Shown: positions 19,916 through 33,115, counted from the stretch's first letter. The stretch: DNA of 64,000 nucleotides from Paraphysomonas bandaiensis (GCA_965644295.1 CBFFRP010000440.1:1-64000), one strand, 5' to 3'. Translations and numbers: made by a program. The notes: generated from the letters alone by a model not told the origin.

Positions 19916-21294
19916 ATGGTTCAATTGTTCCTAGTAGGCGTGGGACCTAGCAGGTCCCTCTGTGTGGAGGATTCATGCAGTGTTGAGGACTTTCACTCTA
20001 TTGTTTCCAGCAGCCTTCAAATCCCTCGTGAGGGTTTTTATCTTTCGTCTTTGGGAGGAACTCGATGTTTTTCTTCTGGTTTGATAGGAGAAAATATTCA
20101 AGATGGTTCATCCGTGCAGGTGAAGCTGAGGGTCAGAGGAGGTATTGACTTTCAGCATCGAGAGGGGTCGAAAATAGGATCAGGCGGACACCTATCGGAG
20201 TCTCAGGCTGCATTGGAACGTAAAGAGCGCCTGAGAAAAATTGCACTCGAAACCATAGATATTACGAAGGATCCGTACATTATGAGGAATCACTTGGGTA
20301 CATATGAATGCAAATTATGTTTGACACTACACAGCAATGAAGGGAACTATCTTGCTCATACACAAGGAAAGAGGCACCAGGTATGCAAGATATGACATAC
20401 TCATATACACTTCAGTTTCATTACACTGTTTTTATCATTTGAGTGCCTCAGATTGAAAGTTTGTTTTACTAGAATACCTTATTGATGCATCGATTATTTG
20501 CACACATCTTGTAGTCATGGTGTCTGTGTGTATAGTCTAATCTTGCTCGACGAGCGGCGATGGAAGCTCGCAACGCTCCGTCGAAGCCCATAACATCTAC
20601 TGGGGAGACCACAGTAAAACACACGATACGCATTGGCCGGCCCGGGTACAAGGTAAGTTGTCTACATTATTTCATCTACACACCTTTACTATGTGTACTG
20701 ATTTTCAAGCTTCTATTTGTATGCTGGGATTTGATTACACTTCTGCCGTATAAATATCTATCCATGCATAATATGCATTGACTAGCCGAGTACATATGCG
20801 TAAATGTTTCACTTCTGTAATATTTAGGTCACGAAGAGTAGAGACATGCTGACGCGGCAGAGATCTCTTACTTTTGAGGTTGATTACCCGCAGACAGAAG
20901 AAGGAGTTCAACCTCGACACAGATTCATGAGTGCGTATGAGCAGAAAGTCGAAGCCCCTGATAAAAACTACCAATATGTTCTTTTTGCTTGCGATCCGTA
21001 CGAAACTATCGCATTCAAGGTAGCCGCAATCAGCATTTTTGTGTGCATCGTGTTTATTATATATGGAATCACATTTGTCCTCAATATTTTAATAGTTTAT
21101 TGTTTAACTGGTTTACCTTCTAGATCCCTAATGTCCCTGTGGATAAGAGCGAAGGACGGTTTTTTACAAACTGGGATGCGAAGAACAGAAAATTTATCCT
21201 ACAACTCTATTTTCTGGAAAAGGAGCAGCAAGCAGAAATGGGCCAGAAAAGCTCTGCTCCCCCGCCTCCTAGACCTGTTCTCAGATACAACTAG
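19916..21294 (+). CDS. SF3A2: Splicing factor 3A subunit 2 with an N-terminal ubiquitin-like extension (exons 19916-20380, 20536-20652, 20828-21019, 21124-21294)
   Basis: DFQHREGSKIGSGG, ERLRKIALETIDITKDPY, CKLCLTLHSNEGNYLAHTQGKRHQ, IGRPGYKV, PRHRFMSAYEQKVE, PYETIAFKIP. GT-AG introns keep the frame (314 aa). Confidence 0.95.
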
Positions 21295-21859
21295 TCTACT
21301 ACCTGAATTCTTGGCTTGATAGCAGATACATGTCTAGTATTTTGGAACCTAGCAGAGTGTGGTGTTTGGTATCGTGCAGTTGAGAGCAGAGATAAGAGCA
21401 GATCGCATGTGTTGATACGGTCACAATGGCACGTGCTCTTTCTTGCAGTAAATTAATATATATTGTCATTGCTGAATCTTTTTGTGATATTTCCTCGTAG
21501 CGACACAACGCGAAACACTTTTGGTTTTAGTCGTTTGTTTTGTGTGTGTTAACATGAATTCATCAGATAAGTACCATGTGATAATATATCTATTATATCC
21601 TTTATCCTTTCCATAGCTATTTCATGTGATTCCTACGAGATCAATAAGGACTACACGACTACACGATTAATATCTACCTCATGTGAGGAAAAAAAATACA
21701 AATATAGGACTGATGGATTTTATTATTTTAATGGAGCACTGACCTCTGTACACTAGGTACCTCAGTATATATATTTTGTAAGGGGGATATCTTACAAAAT
21801 CGAGCGCAATGCTTACATCTTCAGTGTCTACAACTGTCCGCGGCTGCGGGACAATAGAC

Positions 21860-22130
21860 GCTCTCTTGGCCATACTCTCTAGCCGTTGTCGTAAGCACCC
21901 AAGGGGCCACATCGACTCCCCCCAGACCGCGTCAAAAACGTGGCAGCACATGATTGAAACATAGCAACACACAGCGGAAAACCGCACATACAGCTTTCGT
22001 AGCGTTACATGATATATATAGTAGACTATGAGAAGTTACAGGTAGAAGTTTATCTAGCGTGACTAGTTTTTATCTAGTAAATTATCAGGTGCGGATTCTT
22101 GACATCTATATTGCTAATAATAAGCTTTTC
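21860..22130 (+). mobile_element. Degenerate 3' fragment of the LINE family
   Basis: cacatcgactccccccagacc is shared with the remnant at ~55940. Partial 3' motif cgcacatacagctttcgtagcgtta and tail ctatattgctaataataa. Confidence 0.55.
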
Positions 22131-22137
22131 ATATATA

Positions 22138-22790
22138 TAGGAAAGTCTGATTATTACATGAAAACGGTTGTGTACAGAAACTAGTTTATATCTATAGACT
22201 AACTACAGTAATAACTAGATTTGCTAAATACTACTAGTGGCAGGCAGCCGTCTCGGGACTGCTTGTGCATCGCTGCGAGCACTATGGTGCAACCGTCCCT
22301 GTTGTAGTGATGTTAGTCGGGGGGTCTACCTTTGGGCAATGTGTCTGGCGGGCCTGTGCCATGGGTTATGTGAGGGGTGGATGGGGCGAGATGTATATGA
22401 GAGTGTAAGTCGGTGGTGGAGATGGTGCTAGTTGTCGAGGTGGGGTTTCGGCCACAACTAGGAGGAGTTGTTTCCGGAGCGGTTGCGCTTGCCTCTGGGT
22501 TCGGACTCTTGCAGAGAGTGTAGTTCTTGGGGTGGATGTCGCCTGGAGTATTTTTGGTGTCGGGTGAGTATCCTGGGACTGGCGTTGCTGTGAGTGTGTC
22601 GGTGTCGTGACCGGTGTTACTGGTGCCGTGTCTGCGTTGTGGTGTCTGAGTCCCCTATTTCGAAGCATGAGGAGCCCTCCATTATATAGGGGGAGCAGGA
22701 TAGAGGTGATGGATTTTTCGAGGGCGTGGAACTGATGTTCGAGCAGTGAGCTGGATATGTGGCGTCCGATTTCATATATATAGCCGTACA
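22138..22790 (-). mobile_element. 5'-truncated 3' fragment of a divergent LINE subfamily
   Basis: HQFHALEKSITSILLPLYNGGLLMLRNRG aligns with HSLRNLETVVINLLQPLYTAAKLMLQDRG of the big ORF. It is followed by a variant of the 3' RNA motif (22255-22299). Confidence 0.75.
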
Positions 22791-23269
22791 TCACTTGTGA
22801 AATATATGTGTATATTATATATATATCTTACAATCATGTAAGTGCTACAGTGCTACTAATCACTATGTTACAGGCATCGCATTCTATGTATGGTTTTCGA
22901 GAGGTCCCTTACAAAATCAATTACAAACCCTATATATATCGCTTGCGAGGTATGTGTAATACATTTATATCTCTCTACATTACATCATAATAATATCGAC
23001 ATTGATTTATCCACATGTCGTGATCAATCAGGCCAGCAAGGACTTGCGGCCGGCCTCGCCAAGCAGCGAGGACCGTCATCTATGATGAACCCGTAAATGT
23101 ACTAGAACTGGAAGAATACGTACGTGCGCTACCCACAGTACCTGAATGGTATGTGCGTATATTTGGAGTTACTGATGTTTTTACGAATGGACCGCTGCCT
23201 CTGGAATAAAATGACAGTTGAGATAGTTATAAGTTATATTATTATATTTGGCAGCTAATGTAGCTTAGT

Positions 23270-23365
23270 GTTAAATAATTGCAATAATGAAATTGGGAGA
23301 CAGCAAGTAATAATTGCAATTATAATTGACTACAACCTGCGTCAATTAATTGATACGCAGCCCTG
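23270..23365. mobile_element. AT-rich MITE end (TIR CAGGGCTGCGTAACAATTAATTG family)
   Basis: caattaattgatacgcagccctg. Related pieces at 28545-28622, 44825-44940 and 54317-54450. Confidence 0.55.
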
Positions 23366-23428
23366 ATGTGCGTGGGTTACCTAACTACAAGAATAAAGAA
23401 ATTATTTTCGATGTCAGTATCTGTTAGG

Positions 23429-24085
23429 AATTCTCTGCCCTACGATGGCAAATACAGTCCAACATAAAGTTTCACTCTATTAACCAGCTCCAAGCCCAAT
23501 GTCTCTATTGAGACTGTGGCTGAGTCACATCAGTGTGCCCAGGGCCTTTTACACTCCCTTACTGCTGCATTTTGTTGACCACCACGCTTCCGACAAATTA
23601 CCTGTCACACCATGTTGTACACGCTCCAAGCCCCCCTGCCTGGCCTTGCAACCTTCACCCTACTCAACTACTTCAGTTAAACCACGTGCCTGCACCAATG
23701 CAGCGCTGACCGCACCTACGTGCTATCCTCTCAGCAGACAACTTCGTCTCACCCATCGCTTTCTACGGCTACAACCTCTCAGAACATGGCTCGTGCGAGC
23801 AGGCTCACGAAAACGACCCCCATGGACCCCCTATGCAATCACTGAATACTCTCGATCCCTCTCAACTGTGCAACAGGGCTGCCTTCTGCCGCCCACTCAG
23901 CCCAACCCAACATGGTTTGTCTGTGGTCCATCCACCCAGCAGGCTACCCCCTCACCCTGTTCACCTATCACCCCCACAGCCCATCCATCTCATTGGATAG
24001 ACACTGTATTCCGCATACGGTTTACTCGACTACTGTACTACTGTGTCCTACAGGATGTATACCATTCCGTGTATACCTCTACTGC
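23429..24085 (+). mobile_element. Near-identical copy of the 5' 657 bp of the full-length LINE
   Basis: Matches the reverse complement of 12634-13290 with only about six substitutions by eye. Same N-terminal peptide, MSLLRLWLSH. Confidence 0.95.
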
Positions 24086-25155
24086 CGTAGAGCTAAATGA
24101 TGATTCGGTATAGAAGTCTTCGAGTGATGGAAATGAAAGTCAACGTGCACATTCGTTTTTGTCACAGTGATTATGTTTTCAGTTATTGTACATGTGTGAC
24201 TCTGTAGGATACGAGTGAGAGTGTACAGTAGAACATGATCAGCTGTAGTATTATTGTGTTGTAGGGAGACACCATAATTTCCTATCACTAACGATTTCTG
24301 TAGTATTTGCAAAGAGACTTGTCTTTTGCCTACCGGTAGTGTAGTTTGAACGGAGGACAACGGGCGAACTGGATCCGTGAGTGTTTGATTGATCCGTAGT
24401 ATCAGTGTTGTATTTTCGATCCAAGTACGTATTTCTCTACGTGATAGAAAATTATGAAGAAGTCGAGCAACGAGAAGCTCAAGAAGTTTAGGAACAAGGC
24501 GTTGGACCAGCGGTCCAGGGGCCAAGGGGCAGAGGCATTGACCCCAACGGTGCCGATTCTGAAGTATGGGACGAACACCAACCTGGCGGTATTTAAGCAG
24601 AAGCTCACAGTGGCCGCCATGATGCTATTTGGTGACCTAGCGAGGCTCGTGGAGACCGATGAGTATTATGAACCACCCAAGATAAAGATTGAGGACTACG
24701 ATCTCGATAATGACCCCCACGGTCTGAACCTGGAAGAACTTAAGGATGCGAGAAAGACACGCCAAAGGAAGATTGACCAAATGCGTGACAACAGATCAGC
24801 TTTCTATGCGTTCATGTATGACAGACTGAGCAACGAGTCCGTGGACGCGATTAAGCAATTGGAGGAATACGAAGAGATTAACTCCTCCAAGGACCCTCTA
24901 CTGTTGTGGCTTGCTATCAAGCAGACTCACAAAACAGCGACGAACTCCAATGTAGGGACCATCATGCGTGCAGAGACGAGAAAGAAGTACCAAGACGTGC
25001 GTCAGGGTCCATTTGAGAGTATCGTGGCCTATAAGGAGCGTTTCGATTTTCTTTTGGAAGCGTACAATGATATGGAGAATCCGAAGATGGAAGAAGAAGA
25101 TATAGCTATGGACTTCTTCAGGGGTCTGGACGACACCAGATATGAGGAGTTTCTT
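24086..25155 (+). mobile_element. Truncated Ty1/Copia-like LTR retrotransposon fragment (leader plus gag, ORF from 24454)
   Basis: Gag-like VPILKYG..NLAVFKQKL, KDPLLLWLAIKQTH, VRQGPFESIVAYKERF, IAMDFFRGLD. The ORF breaks off with no pol. Confidence 0.7.
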
Positions 25156-25279
25156 GTCCCGCCTCCCTCGTTTTTTTAATCATTGTTTTGTATGTTGGAT
25201 GGCAGAAGGAGATTCTGATGTATGTATGTATGATGGATTTTCATTCTCTTGGATGAAATTACTGGAATAATAGTTTCCT

Positions 25280-25455
25280 AAGAGCGAAAGTGGTTGCGCC
25301 ATGGTGCTTGCGGTGACGCACAAGCAGCTTTCGTAGACGAGTTAAATAGTAGGATGTCAGATTTAAGCACTAGGTAGTTAAATTGCAATGCTAAATTAGT
25401 TCTGAATCTTACAAGCCTACTGCTAATTGCTAATAATGAGACACTCACTACTATA
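25280..25455 (+). mobile_element. 3' end of a LINE-family or SINE-like element
   Basis: 3' RNA motif at 25285-25333, then the tail gttaaatagtagg...gacactcactacta. Confidence 0.75.
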
Positions 25456-25621
25456 GTTTGCTAGAATTACTTGGATTTACAACACTGTTGAAAATTTCGA
25501 TTTCACTTGTATGTGAAAGAAAATGCTACAATAAATTCGGCCTATTCCCACGCCACACTACAGACGAGTGCACTGAAGTATGCTGCCAAAAAATATGCTG
25601 AATAGAATATATTTAGTACAC

Positions 25622-26496
25622 TTAAAATACAGCTTCTGCTTCATTATCACTCCCTCCATAACCATCATCCGATGCATAGTGATCCACACCGTAGTCATCA
25701 TCTAACTCCAATTCATCTGCTGCGCCAGCATCGTCCTCGCCCTACATTAAAGTGTCAATCATACTATGACACATGCATGTCATATTCACCTCTGAGGCAT
25801 CATCCGCTTTCTCGTCCTCCCCCTGTCCGCTTTTGTTGGACAAACCTGATTTTTCCACCTGTTCCAGATGGCTAAGACTCAACAAATCTTCCCCTCCTTT
25901 CTCTAAACTGCTTCTGCTCTTCTTTGTCGATCCCCGTAACTTCTTACCGACAACATTCCTAATCGCAAAACTGTCAGGTGTATGATATCAATCGTGGTTT
26001 CACTCACGATGGGTTCAGCAAATCGTACGGAATGTACCGCTTTTTTAACAAAGTTCGCGCGGATATGAAGTCAAAAATATCTGTTTCCTTTCCATTCCTG
26101 AGGCACTACTCACAACACTATATTTCATTCCAAGGCACATTACCTCCTATACTTGTCCGAGTATCGCATTATATCCTTCTCCTGCTTTTTTTGGGTCAAG
26201 AAATACGGAGATGTTTGAAATCTGTTGGCGGTATAAACACAAAGTCGATTAAAATACACGTAAACCAACCTGTGTGTAATTTCTTGCATCCTCTTCACCA
26301 TCATCGTCTCGTTATCTGTCAACTTGGTTGCCTGTTGCAGAGATATAGGGGGATATAGCGGAGGGGGCCCATTCTCCTGTAAAGAGAACTGCTGCTCTAA
26401 GCCCAGGTCTTCTAAATTGTCTCGAAGTAAATCCTGTGTGGCGCTTCCACGACCTCCTCTCCCTCTCCCTCTACCACGACCTCTTCCTCTACTCAT
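25622..26496 (-). CDS. RNA polymerase III subunit RPC31/RPC7-like (multi-exon)
   Basis: RG-rich N-terminus, GPPPLYPP, SPYFL, DIMRYSDKY and an acidic C-terminus ending DNEAEAVF*. Confidence 0.82.
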
Positions 26497-27273
26497 ACTA
26501 ACACAGTTCAGATATATATACTACACTACGACAACACTGAGCTGAGCAGTCAGCAGAGGCATGTGCAGTGTGCTGAGTTGATATGTATGGACTGCATATG
26601 TGAAACTTTACTGGGTTTTTGGGCTTATAAAACCCCTCTGTGAATATTACTGTAAAATCCATAGGAACTCCGACTTGATAATGCATAGAGCTTCACATAA
26701 AAACTGGCACTTTTCTTTACGAAAACCCCCATAATAAAGTAGAATTATACAATACGATAGTTGTGTATGTATCTTCTGAGCACTGTGTGAGTATCATAAA
26801 CGACACAGAATCACACACAGACACTCCAGTAAGGCTTGAACCACCCCTCAAATGAAGAGAAAGAGGCCATAGAACCCCGTCTGGATACTCTAGAGGACAC
26901 ACGTGATGACATGAGGGGTCATGACCAGACATAAGCTGACTGGTAGTCTCCCCTTTTCACATCCACGAGTGTTTGCCTCAGATCGATTGATAGAACTAGA
27001 GATGCATGCACTGCTTGTGATAGAGGGGGTCCTACACAGGCACTGCAGTTAGGAGAACATTCCCAATCTGAAGAGTCTTTTTAGTTGCAGTGCCTAAAGT
27101 TGAGCGAGAAATGGATAGTAGCATGCTCCATGCATAGCACACTCTACATTCAATAGCATATCACCACAATTACTGCAGAGATATCTTATTGAACCTAGTC
27201 AACACGATTCTAATAGACTTGGTTTCGTAAATGTAATAAATGATTCGAACTAGAGTCAACTTTAAGTTTTAAA

Positions 27274-27331
27274 TGTATGTATGTATGTATGTATGTATGT
27301 ATGTATGTATGTATGTATGTATGTATGTATG

Positions 27332-27362
<31 letters not shown>

Positions 27363-27375
27363 GTTTGTATGTATG
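27274..27375. repeat. (TATG)n microsatellite
   Basis: Direct observation of about 100 bp of tetranucleotide repeat. Confidence 0.97.
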
Positions 27376-28299
27376 TTATGCTGGTTGTTATAGTGTAATA
27401 TAGAATAGTGTATTATGTCATATCATAATATAGAGTACTAGCAATGAGTCACGGTGGTTGTGAAGGATGTGTGACTTGAGAAGTGGTGACAGCGATGAGA
27501 GGGAGGCAGTAACATTATGATACTCCAATGCGATACCAGTGCAGAGTATGAGCCCATATTATTCGACTATGACAATGGAGTTGAGATATGAGCACCTTCA
27601 TATGATATTATGAATTAGAGCTTATGTATGGGTGACGTGTATGTGAAGAGGGTATATTAATCGTCATCCGCTGGATGCTATTATAGTTAGGCGCTGACTG
27701 CTCTGTGTGGGCATTAGTCGGACGGAGAGACTATGAATAACGGTATACAGGGCAATTGGATGGGGTAACGGCTCGAATCAAATACGAGGAAGAAGCTCAG
27801 TATATGTGTGAGTTAGTGTCCTGCTTGTTGTGTCTGTTGGGGCGGGTTTACGGTAGATGCTAGAGTAGATTATCTCATGCTAAGATAATCTATAGGAGTT
27901 TATGTGCATGAGCAATATGTGAGCTTAACTATGGAGCTGCTTGGTCCACTTCACCAGAACCTGTAGGAGGATAGAGGATATAAAATGGGTGGCCTGGGTT
28001 TCTATCTGCTAACAATGAGGATAGCACAAACGGCGCGACTTCAATAGGAGATTTGGCATATATACCATATATCGATGGTAGTAATGATCGTTATGTAGAT
28101 GCACAGCAACCGAAGTCGGAATCATGTGTTAAATGTCTTTATTAGAATCTCTTTGGTGTTCTCTACTTTTTAGAATGGAAATTTATTTGAGCAAGTTCTT
28201 TGGATGATGCTGCTGCCATCATCAATGTCACCTAACTTGTGTCTACAAGGCTATCATGTATGCCTGGATGTCTTCATAAATTAGGCTCCTCGAAATTAG

Positions 28300-28545
28300 T
28301 TTAGGACTCAGAATTAATTTAGCAAACTAATTTAACTAACTAGTGCTTAACTCTAATATCCTACTATCTATCTAGTGCGGGGCCTCTAGACGTCTACACA
28401 AGTGATACTAAGTAGTGTCCCTTGTACCACACAAGCATTTGGCTATGAGTGGGAAAAGCAATTTCTGCTGACTATATGCGGCTCACGTTAGTTTCCCGAA
28501 AAAATATCCCCTTCTTATCGCCCAGAGCTCCGACTTTGTTTAGAG
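28300..28545 (-). mobile_element. Internally deleted copy of the SINE-like element
   Basis: Contains the head (gcggctcacgttagtttccc...ccgactttgtt), the middle (gtcccttgtaccacacaagcatt) and the tail (cagaattaatttagcaaa) of the family. Confidence 0.7.
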
Positions 28546-28694
28546 CAATTATTACGTATATTCTATGCAACTTAATTGCAACTACAATTACTTGCAATTC
28601 AATTAATTGTTACGCAGCCCCGATGTTGAATGAAGGCCTCTCTACAATGTCGTAGCTAATGTATATACGGTTTAATTTAAGCAGTGCATGTTTT

Positions 28695-29235
28695 ACTAGT
28701 AGCAATGGACCTGCAAGATTCAGAACTAATTTAGCAAAGCTATTATCTAACTAGTGCTTTTAACTCTGTCTACTATTAAAGCTACGAACGCTGCTTGTGC
28801 GTCACCGCAAGCACCAGGGTGCAGCCGCTTTCGCTCTATCACTCGAAGCAAACGCAGTCAGCAAGCACAATGTTGCTATACCTGACATCTGCTGACTTCA
28901 GGATCTTAGAGTCCTTAAGGTGAACAGCCCGGATGCTTGACTTCAGCAGGCAGACCTATACCCCGGTTGCCCATCAGGTAGGTCCAGTCCCGGTTACCCT
29001 TGAGGTGAGCCCATTCCCGGATGCCTGTTTATAATTCGCCAAGGTCCAAAGACGTCTGCACAAGTGACACTTACTTGTTTTCCCTTGTATACCACACCAG
29101 CATTAGGCTATGAGTGGGCAGAACATTACCTGCGGACTATATATATGCGGCTCACGTTAGTTTCCGGAGAAATATCTCCGGTACTTATTCCATAGAACGC
29201 CAGGTAAAGGTGCGAGTCCGACTTTGTTGAGGGAA
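28695..29235 (-). mobile_element. Non-coding SINE-like element sharing the LINE 3' RNA motif
   Basis: Colinear with 45318-45800 in the opposite orientation. No ORF. Ends in the conserved 3' motif and tail. Confidence 0.8.
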
Positions 29236-29517
29236 CAGCAATAGTATGACACACACAATCCTAATAAACACGAACCCTAAATGAACTCCCTAAATAAATC
29301 ATCTTCAGTATCAGATGTGATATTTGAGCTCTCCAGTAATATTCTGGAAGTATCGTTGCGAAGTTATGGCTATAAAGATAGATTACTTACACTTGATCTT
29401 CTACAGAAGTCGAAGGGTGGAGTACAACTTGGAGTGCTTGATTATTTGCTCTTGAAAGTTGACTCATCATTGTGGTTTCCCTAAAATTGTGTAATTATAA
29501 ATAAATCACTTCCAAAT

Positions 29518-29660
29518 TACTGTCAACATTATAATTAAGATAAGAGATAGTTTATGTTCGAACCGAATATTGAAATTGAATGTCTATATCTGCCCGGTGT
29601 TAATATGAGCATTCTGTTGAACCCAATTCGGGTCAAAAAGAACATTTTTCAGACAAATAA
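29518..29660. repeat. Dispersed repeat; inverted homologue of 13345-13495
   Basis: Sequence similarity to the reverse complement of 13345-13495. Confidence 0.65.
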
Positions 29661-29891
29661 GGATGATAAAGGTATATTATATTTAGTTTAGAATTGTGCC
29701 TTGATCTATATCAAGGCCAACATTATTCAATCGATATACGCTCTCTAGCTCAACTATAGTCTATAGGCTTACATCTTGCTAATATGAAAATCGTAAACAC
29801 ACTTTGGTGGTATAGCTCAGAGTTTAGAGTAAAATCTAAGCGATTCTAATATATATACTATATATCATATCGAGGCATTCGAAAATATACT

Positions 29892-32528
29892 TTACACGTC
29901 GTCCTCGCCCTCATCATCATCGAACAAAAATATATCGTCATTTTCTCGCACATCGTCCTGTGATGCATCTGCACCCCTACTAGGAATGCTACTGCCACTA
30001 TTCATACTCCTTAGACTGCTCAGTTTACTGCCATCCTCGGACATTACAATGCTGAAGGCAAGTGCCTCTAATTCACGAAGACCACCTCCAGTCAATAATA
30101 AAAAAGGCTCAGCTTTCCTGTGACTGTATTTTAAAACAATAAGATCACAAATATGCGGATAATTACCTCGAGGCAGAATTCGAAATTGAATTCAAAATAT
30201 ATATTGGTCCCGGATGCCCCGGTGTCTTCAAAAACGCCTTTACATCTGCATCATCCACAGCCTAAGGGCATTTAGTGCACTGTTACACACTCTGTAGCAA
30301 TTACCTGACGCACTGAAGTTTTGGTTTGCATTTGTCCCCAATCAGACTCGTCCGATAAAATATGACGGCGCCTCTGCTTCCACAATATACTTTGAAGCAC
30401 CTTGGTGTACTTGTTTCCGCCACTTCTCTGCCACGACTGTGCTCTGTTGTAGTTACGCTTTCCTGTCATATTAATTACCGACAGCTAGCAGAAAATATTG
30501 CATGTTGTGCTCACCAGGTGATCGAGTGTCCACCAGGTTCTCAATATGCCGCTGCTGATTCATTAGCGTTTTATACACTTGCTGCTTTTGTGACATCAGC
30601 GCTGATAGATTGTTGTACACCTGACAAGTAGCCAAATTATAAAACTACCATTGTTGGCAGAATCCAAACCTCATCCAGTTTTTGAACAGTCACCCCGAAG
30701 AATTTCGTTTTTTTCATTTTGCTGACTGCACTACGTTCACTCAGACTGATCTCATTGTTGCGAGTAATACGCGTTTTCACCAACAGCTTTTGAAGAGACA
30801 GCCACAATATCTGCATCAGCGGTCAGCGAAATCGTAAACCCAATGCAGAGCTCACCAGAATTCTGGCATTCTGACATTCCAAGAAACTCCTCACCCACCG
30901 CTGAATCTTAACGACACGAGCTCGATAGCGATACACTTTTTGTGTCCTGTCGCTTACCCCACCGATATCAACCAAAAACCTCTGTACCAGACAAATCACT
31001 ACCAGCGACACAACTCTGCTCACTCAGAATTCTCACCTGAATCATGTCTATCGCAGTTGACCTCTCTCCAACCTTACGTCGCCTCCAGTATACCATCACC
31101 GCAACTCGGATCTTTGCAAGGGATTCGGGGTTCCTCCGCATCTTCGATATAACACGGTGACTCTTCCAGAAACTGGGCATTCCACACCAATCATTACATA
31201 GTTCACAAACAACGAGAATAGACTCACAGTTCTATTCTTCGGATCGCACCCCGTTGCACCTTACGAACAGCTTTTTTAAATCTCGCTAAGCGCTTGTTCT
31301 CGAGAGCCGCCGCCAGTTTCCTTTTGTTTCGTCAACATTATCACGGGAAATAAAATACAATTAACCTGGTTCTAAGAAGAGTGGCCAATATAACAAGCCA
31401 CATATTCTGTCTGTTTCGCAGGGATACAAGCTGAGTACGCTCAACGCTCCTACGCTTCTTATCCTCGATTAACATCGCCCGACGCTGCTCTTCTTCACAT
31501 ATGAGGTCGTCGCGTTTTCTAAGAATACTGTCTCTCTCCACTAACGATGACCTGACAACAACGATGAAATTAGTGCGTGAAGAAGAGATGATATACCTGG
31601 ACTCCCTTCTTGAAGCCACCGTGCGAACATCACTAAGGCGCAGATTCTTCGGGGGGCCCGGGCTGTGAGGTCTATTCCCTGGTTGAGGAATTTCCAACGG
31701 CACTAGCCCACCACCTCTCCTAGGGTTTTCATTAACCTCTTTTCTATGCTGCGCTTCACCCCCTGGGCAAGTGTCTCCGCTGTCTGAGAAAGGAGCCTTC
31801 TCTGACAAGCAGGCGGAGTTTTCCATAGACCGTGCCTGCCGAATACGTCGAGCCTTTACTCTGTTAGAACAATCCTGCATCTTGCAGCTCTCGGTTGACA
31901 TTATCTCCGATATTATGCTGGCAGAAATAGGTCTCAGATTGGCAGCGTTCTTTTTGGCTGTGGCCTCTTCCTCGTGTCGCCGCTCCTATGTTACTTTATT
32001 AACACAGCCTATATCATTACCCTCACTACACCATACCGGAGAGGTCTTTACTCTATGATGGTATGCACTTTGGGCTTCCTTATATATGTCTTCAACATTG
32101 TGCAGTACAATCGGTGCTTCATTTTTATATGATAAGGAGGGGCTACATATGCAACGCAGAGTTAAAACCAGACTACGAATATAGACAGAGTCGTACACTT
32201 TATTCGGTGGCTTCTTCAAAGTCTTCGGGGAGCTTTTATCGGGTGTGGTGGGGCGACCAACCTTCCGAATCAACCGAAGAGCTGTTGCCTGATAAAGCAG
32301 TTAGGCACTCGTCTGATATGTAATGCTCCTCACAATATTCGCCTCTCGCTGTCTGCTCATGGCATCCCCCAGAGTCAGTTCACTGGCAGCATCAGATGCA
32401 TTCCCTATAGAGGCTTTTCTACTGCCGTTAGATGATCCATATGCACTGGAAGCTGCTACTGCAGTGCTTCTCTTTCGTGATGATGTGCCGATCTGACTGA
32501 TGATTATCTCTGGTGTATTAGTGTCCAT
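29892..32528 (-). CDS. Hypothetical multi-exon protein with an IQ-like motif and coiled coil
   Basis: Chain of same-strand ORFs (32528 MDTNTPEII to 29892 DDDEGEDDV*) separated by intron-like gaps. IQ-like VVKIQRWVRSFL. Confidence 0.65.
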
Positions 32529-33115
32529 ATCAGTGGATTCAGAGTGTGACTAATATCTCATCTCAGATGGTGGCAGTGCGGCAGTGTAGTTAAGTTTATG
32601 TTATGTATGGTAAGTATGTATGTGTATGTGTGTATAGTGTACAGCCTATTGATAATATAGCGCTGAAGTTGCTCTATCCCTACGATCCAATCGAGGTCAG
32701 GCTATATGTGTATATGTAGGATGTAAGGGGGAGAAGTGAAGTGAAGTGTGGTGTTGTATTCGATGCATCCTTCTGCTTGAATGCATTATTGTTCTGCGGT
32801 TTCGAAGCACTTCATTCGCTAACCATTGGCGGTATAGCTACCGTCATACCGCATACAGAGTATACGTTCGTACGAATGCAATATACATACACAGTACCTA
32901 CGTACATGTGGCGGTACATCTCATCTACAGCAGTACATCTCATCTACAGCAGTACATCTCATGTACAGCAGCAGTATACAGCACCGGGAGATGTACCGGT
33001 GTACTCTCCGCGCATCATAACACACACAGTTACATCATATAGTACTTAAGTAATTCCCATGTATGCATGATACAGAGCCATACATCTCCTTCAATTTTCA
33101 TCTCGTTGATCTCTA

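Noticed and set aside
10440-20170. Functional link between the retroelement OTU-like domain and the nearby Ubl-SF3A2
   Set aside because: Proximity reflects a recent insertion. Nothing in the sequence supports a link.
12634-24085. Inverted 657-bp repeats flanking SEC24 and SF3A2 read as TIRs of a composite transposon
   Set aside because: Both are 5' ends of the LINE family. One belongs to a complete element with its own TSD.
24083-24287. Candidate LTR (TG...CA) upstream of the gag fragment
   Set aside because: No matching second LTR, convincing inverted termini or clear PBS, so boundaries were not called.
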